NCBI RefSeq assembly: GCF_009914755.1
Contig: NC_060933.1
Source of the DNA: the human T2T-CHM13v2.0 reference genome, Homo sapiens
Length of the DNA stretch: 64,000 nt
Strand: one strand, 5' to 3'
Shown here piece by piece: positions 58,076-64,000 of the stretch. How positions within the stretch are numbered: the stretch's first letter is position 1; every line of letters begins with the position of its first letter. A model generated the notes under the pieces. The model made no database searches. It was not told the origin of the DNA and saw only the letters and a list, made by a program, of their open reading frames with translations. The translations under genes and the position numbers were made by a program.

Positions 58076-60949
58076 AGAGGGGATGTGAAGGACCCTTCTG
58101 CCCCCTAACAAAATAAACACTTATTGTACCTATCACAATGCATGTTCTTTTTAATTGCATGAACAATACACGCTTAGGACAAGTTCAAACAATACGTAGG
58201 CATATTCAGTTAAAACAGAGTCCTCTCCTCTCCCTCCAATCCCTGCTAACCATTTGTTATGTATCCTTCCAGCCTGATTTATATACTTAAACACGTATAC
58301 ATGCTTATCAGTTTACAGATCTAGCATATCTAACAGACTGTGCACTCTATAAGAGCAAGAAATGCCCTATTCACCTGTGCATCCAGTACCTGGCACCCTG
58401 CTGATACAAATAGTTGCTCAATAAATATTTACTCAAGAAATAATCAAACGGTTAAAGCCACAGAGAAGCAGGTCTTCTGGGGACTTCAGAAACAAGGAGA
58501 AACACATGTCTGTGTCCTTACATATGCTTGTGCCCATGCTCATCTGAGATTAAGAAGGAGGAAAAAGGGTAGAGGGCATCTGAACCTAGGGCTCCAGGTG
58601 GTACACCAAATGATCACTGGTTAGCCAGCACAAGGATACGGAGGAATAGCAGCATATCCATCTTTAAAAAATAATAATAATACTCAAAGCAACTGACCAA
58701 AGAGGGAGATCCATTAGGATTCTGCTATGTCCCTGATCTCAAGGGCAGTCTTATTAACTGTCTTAAAGGCACCGTCCAGCAACCGCATATAGGATTCTCA
58801 GGGTATCAACCTCAGAATAGATCATTTATGGATTAGAAAGTGGGTCTGAATTGTGTTTGAATATTTATAACTCATTTTAGAAAAAATGCAGAAACTTCAG
58901 GATGCAACCAAAAGCACAAGAGGAAATGTTATCACTCAAAGTCAAAAAAAAAAAAAAAAAAGTAGGGCTGAAAAAATTAAAATTAGGCTGGGTCCCTTTT
59001 CTCCAAGAATCTAAATTAAACGTGTTTCTATAACCAAAAGAAGAGCTGAAAGTAGTACTATATTCAGTAAAAAAAAAAAAAAAAAAAAAAAACACAAACG
59101 ATTTAACCAATTAATATGCAACTCAATATAGAAGTATAAATTCTTTAACTTTTTTAAAAGGTTATTAGCCTTGCTGTTGCAATCAAGCCACCAACTGATA
59201 GCCACCCCAAGCTATAGTGAGCCTAAACATAAAATGGCACAGGAAACTCTTCTATGTCAAACTCTGTTTTAGTAAATCTTCAGATTTGAACATTGAAATT
59301 TCATTTAATTTGGCTTATCATTACAGTTCTCCTTTTCCTTGCCAGGGTTCCAAGAAAGCGTAACTGCAAGATTTGGCACAAGAAACTTTCCACAACTTGG
59401 TCAACAGCCCTGACTATATTATCATTACCCAGATTTATAGAATGGTCCCAGTGACCAAGACACAGGGTACATGTCCAACAATAATGTATATTTTGAAATG
59501 AACAAATTGATTTATACATTAACCAAACAGGTTTTTGGCTCAGAGTCAAGAAGGGCTACATACACTAACACTTGGCTTCTAACCCTGAAACTAACAGGTC
59601 TTCATTCCACTGGGGAGCAAGGGGTTTAAAAAAGAGAAAGGCCCATGTTTCAAGAACTCTTCTCTCTTACCCTCCACCCCACTCACCAAAATACTTACCT
59701 CCATCCCCGCCACCTACAGCTGCCTTCAGGAACAATTAAGATGTTGACTTGGAGTCCATGTTCTGTGGCTATTCAATAATTCCCAATTAATAAACCTTAG
59801 TTAAGAAGAATATGGTGACAGAAATAAGTACTCATAAATAAAGTAAAAGAGGGGTGTGTGTATGTGTGTTAGAAACTGTGATACGTAACATTTTAAAAGC
59901 ATCCGCCACTGAGATATTTATAGATTAAAAGATTTGATGTCTAGGACTGACTTCAAAATAAATTCAGTCGGAGAGAGGGAGGAAAGGAGGCTTAGATGGT
60001 GGTATTGATGACACAAGATTGTGAGTTAATAATTATTGAGGCTGAGTACTGAATACACAGAGAATTATACTATTCTCTCTACTTTTCTGAATATTTTTAA
60101 ATTTCCATAATACAAGGCTGGGGAGGAAGGACTGAAAACTTAAAATAAAATGCTAATACCTCTTAATGGAGGGATTATGGATAATTTTATTCAGTATGCT
60201 TTTTGACAAGAATCATATTACTTTATGTTCAGAAAATATTTATAACTAGCATAATGATTCTACAAAATACTTCTGGATGCCTTTAGAAGCCATTCTAATA
60301 CAAGCAAACCAAGCTGTAGCAAGATCCAAGCTTAAGAGAAAACTACAGTCCCCTGAGGGGTACACACCCAAAAATCCATATAAACAAAGTTTCCAGTGAG
60401 GATGTAACAAGTATAGAATGAAAAGAATCTGACAAAAATATCCCAACAGAAAGTAAGACAAGTTAATTTCTTTTCCTGAAGGAAAATATCATCTGTTTAA
60501 CAAGGTTTATTTCCCCTTTCAGCTAATGTTGATTAAGTCCTTGTTATGTACAAAAAACTTGTCTGTATTTACATCTAATCCTCACTACAGTCCTGAGAGG
60601 AAGTTATTACCTTCATTTCAGAAATAAAGACATTGAGGTTGAGAGAGTAAAAATAGAGTGGGGTTGGAGTAGGGATTCCAAGAATTTAAGAATCACATCT
60701 TTGTCTTTAAGATGTCTCAGAGAAAAAAAATAGGAGAGAAAATTCCCAAACACAAAGATAATAATTCATCTACTTCAAAAAATTCCCAAAGGAAAACTAT
60801 CCAGAGCCTCAGGTTCCAACGTAACCCTATGTGAGGGTAACACTTACACCCCTCCTGTCCATGCTCACGACCAAGGGGAACAAATGATTGCAAAAGGAAT
60901 ACATCAAGAAGAATGAAAAGTTCCATAAGCCTCAATAAGATCAACAACA

Positions 60950-61120
60950 GCAGCCAGCATTTACAGAATGCTTACTTATGTGCCTCCCATGGTCTTATTC
61001 ACATACACACTAAAGGAACTCTTATCGTTCCCATTTTATAAAAACTGAGACTCGGAGAAACCAGGTAACCTGCTCCAGATACCTGCTAGTAGGCAAAAAC
61101 TGTTTTCGAGACCCAGAAAG
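60950..61120 (-). mobile_element. MIR SINE (other MIR remnants near 19230, 44020, 51720, 60560, 61430)
   Basis: 'cccattttataaaaactgagactcggagaaaccaggtaacctgc'. Confidence 0.65.
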
Positions 61121-62989
61121 CCTCCATGGGTTACTGCACACACCATTACCCAATGTTGTACCTTGAAATCTAGGCTCATTCCCTCTTTAAAAACAGTTAT
61201 AGCAATAATAGCAATCATCTATCTACACTCCCCAATTAACACCCCACAAAACAGTCACCAAGATGTCCCAAGACTTTTCAAAGTCTCAGAGCTGTTAGAA
61301 AGACTACACAGAAATCTACTACAACATACTTATAATATGCTTGATATTTCAAAAAGTACACAAGCCAATGACGACAACCTATAATAAAACTTCAGCAAAC
61401 AAGCACTAGGGAAAACTCAGCGGTGTCCTTGGTATTTAGAACACCCAGTTCTAAAGGTTTGGAGTGAAGAGACCATTCCAAATCCCAGTTTCTCCACTCA
61501 CAAGTTCTATGACTTTGGGCACGTCATCTCTTAGCTATTTCAGTCCCTGTTTAGTGGAGCTAACATACCTATGCATACATAAAGCTCAGTGCTTGACACT
61601 CAATGTGAAGCAGAAGCTCAGTAAAGTCTTCTTCCCCACCTAATGCGCTGTGGTCTGTACCTGCAAACATCCTTTCTCCTCCAATAACCCTAGCAGAAAA
61701 ATGAACCGTTGGCTCCTCATTTGCCCCCAGCTGGCCCAAACTACATTCCCTCCACTCTGACAACACAACAGCATCTATTCTATAAATGAAAGATCCTCAA
61801 ACTGTGGGGATTTAGCTCAGTAACGCTATTTTGCAATTACTATAATTTTACTTTATTGGACTTTCAGATGGGCTTTGTTTGGCATTTGATTATTTCAGAG
61901 CCAATTTCCCACTTAAAATTCTAGACCTTGGCTTTGAAAATAGAGTATGAAAAATGCCAGGATATTATATTGTCCAAGGGACAAAAACTGCATGAGCAGC
62001 CAGAGATTGTTTTATTTATACAGTGACAACAGTCAGAATTCCAAAGAATCAAGTCATAGAATCTTAATTTTCTTCCGTCAGCATTACTAGCATGGTAGTA
62101 ATAAACAACAACAGCAGAGTCAAAGTACTGTGTTTTTTCAAGGTTATTCACTAACACTTAAGAGAAATGAAACTAAAATTAATATGGCTAAACATAAACA
62201 CTACACTTTCTAACAAACATGGAAATTATTTCTCCTACATGTATCACAGTTTTAACAATTTCTTAAGCTACTTACATCAAACTATTTTTGTTTAAATGAG
62301 ATTTCTGGAATGTCTATAACAACAAAACAGATTTAGACATATGTACATTTATGACATGAGTAGAAAATGAATTGTGAACCTTACCAATTTTTGTATTTGT
62401 CAGAACCAAACATTTAAGCAAAATCAAAAATCCAAAGGTCCAACTTTTATGAACACTGTTAAACGATTAACTTTCAAATTACTTAGAAATTCTGGAAATT
62501 CCTAGCAATACCGATTGTTCTTCTTTAAAAAGCAACCCAATAAAATAAGAAACCTATAGGTCTGGATTAAGTCCCAACAAATTCCATATTTTCTTACTTT
62601 TTTTGACTCTAACTTCCCACTTAGAAAAGGCAGGGTTAAGAACTAAATAGATTCTGACCTTTAAGCATAACTTGAAAAAGCCATAGCCTGAAGATGAGTC
62701 ATACCTAGACTTTGTAAACTAACTACACAATTGCTAAACTGTATTTCATACAAAATTAAGAAGCCATGAGTAAAACTCTAGGCTTTATCACTCACTGAAA
62801 ATAGAAGACATGTCTTTGTAGTATAGAAAAGCACACAGTGGCTTAGTTACACACAGAAAAAAACAAGGACCACCACGTGTACTCACACATATACATATCA
62901 TTCCTTGGGAAACAAAGATTTATTTTCATATAATGCTGCAGGTGAGCTTATAACTTCCAACAAAAGCTTTTAACTTTCCAACAAAAACC

Positions 62990-64000
62990 TTTTAACTGCA
63001 ACAAAAGCAAAACTACACAATGGGATTGCCTCAAACTAAACTTCTGCATAGTGTGCACAAGCACATGCACACACACACACAAACAACACAGTGAAGTGAT
63101 GACCTATTAATAGGAGAAAATATTTGCAAAACCTACATGTAATAAGAGCATAATATCTGAAATATATAAGCAACTCAATTCAATAACAATAAAAAAAACC
63201 TGATTTTATGTATTTTTTTACTATACTTTAAGTTCTGGGATACATGTGCAGAACATGCAGGTTTGTTACATAGGTATACACGTGCCATGGTGGTTTGCTG
63301 CACCCATCAACCCATCTTCTACATTAGGTATTTCTCCTAATGCTATCCCTCCCCTAGCCTCCCACCCCCAGACAGGCCCTGGTGTGTGATGTTCCCCATC
63401 CCGGGTCCATGTGTTTTCATTGTTCAACTCCTACTTATGAGTGAGAACATGCAGAAAACAACCTGATTTTAAAATGGGCAAAGGACCTGAAAAGACATTC
63501 TAAAAGACAAAACAAATGGCCAACAGGTATGTGAAAAAAATGCTCAACATCACTAATCATTGTGGAAATGCAAATTAAAACCACAATAAGATATCATTTC
63601 ACTTCTGTTAGAACAGTTTTTGTCAAGAGAACAAAAGATAACAAGTATTGGCAAAGATGTGGAGAAAAGGAAATCCTTGCACACTGTTGGTGGGAATGTA
63701 CATTAGTATAGCCATTTTGGAAAACAGTATGGAAGTTCCTCAAAACATTAAAAATAAAACAATCACATGATCCACCAATTTCACTTCTGGGTACATATCC
63801 AAAGGAAATGAAATCAGTATGTCAAAGAGACACATGGATGAACCTAGAGGACGTTATGCTAAGTGAAATAAACCAGACATGAAAAGACACTGCATAATCC
63901 CACTTGTATGTGGAATCTAAAAAGTCAAACTCACAGAGGTAGAGAGTGGAATGGTGGTTACCAGGGGCAGGGACAGAGGGGTGGAGGAATGGGGAGATGT
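62990..64000 (+). mobile_element. L1MA/L1PB-like 3' region running off the window end
   Basis: 'aactaaacttctgcatag', 'gaaatgcaaattaaaaccacaa', 'ttggtgggaatgtacattagtatagcc'. Confidence 0.88.
63209..63454 (-). mobile_element. Younger L1PA 3' UTR stub inserted antisense into the older L1
   Basis: 'tatactttaagttctgggatacatgtgcagaacatgcaggtttgttacatagg…gagtgagaacatgcag'; TSD AACCTGATTTTA. Confidence 0.92.

Overview
Human (AluYb8-bearing) non-coding genomic DNA, most likely part of a large intron of a gene transcribed on the minus strand (inferred from the A-rich + strand, L1 fragments mostly on +, and the best splice-signal clusters lying on -). I see no intact protein-coding gene, RNA gene or prokaryotic-type system. 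The ORF track is almost entirely Alu-, L1-, LTR- or Tigger-derived, or chance. Contents: a full-length RPL7A processed pseudogene with a 17-bp TSD; over 20 Alu/FLAM/FRAM copies, including a human-specific AluYb8; several L1 fragments; a near-complete Tigger1 hosting a complete THE1D LTR-int-LTR provirus; other LTRs (MER54/74-like, MLT1, LTR47); hAT elements; MIR/L2; and microsatellites. The best leads are a 101-bp near-perfect inverted repeat (23661-23761), a 25-nt candidate minus-strand microexon (21760-21784) plus other candidate cassette exons, the AluYb8, and a 42-bp hairpin at 7500-7541. Repeat subfamilies were recognised by eye from remembered consensus motifs, so boundaries of old elements are approximate.
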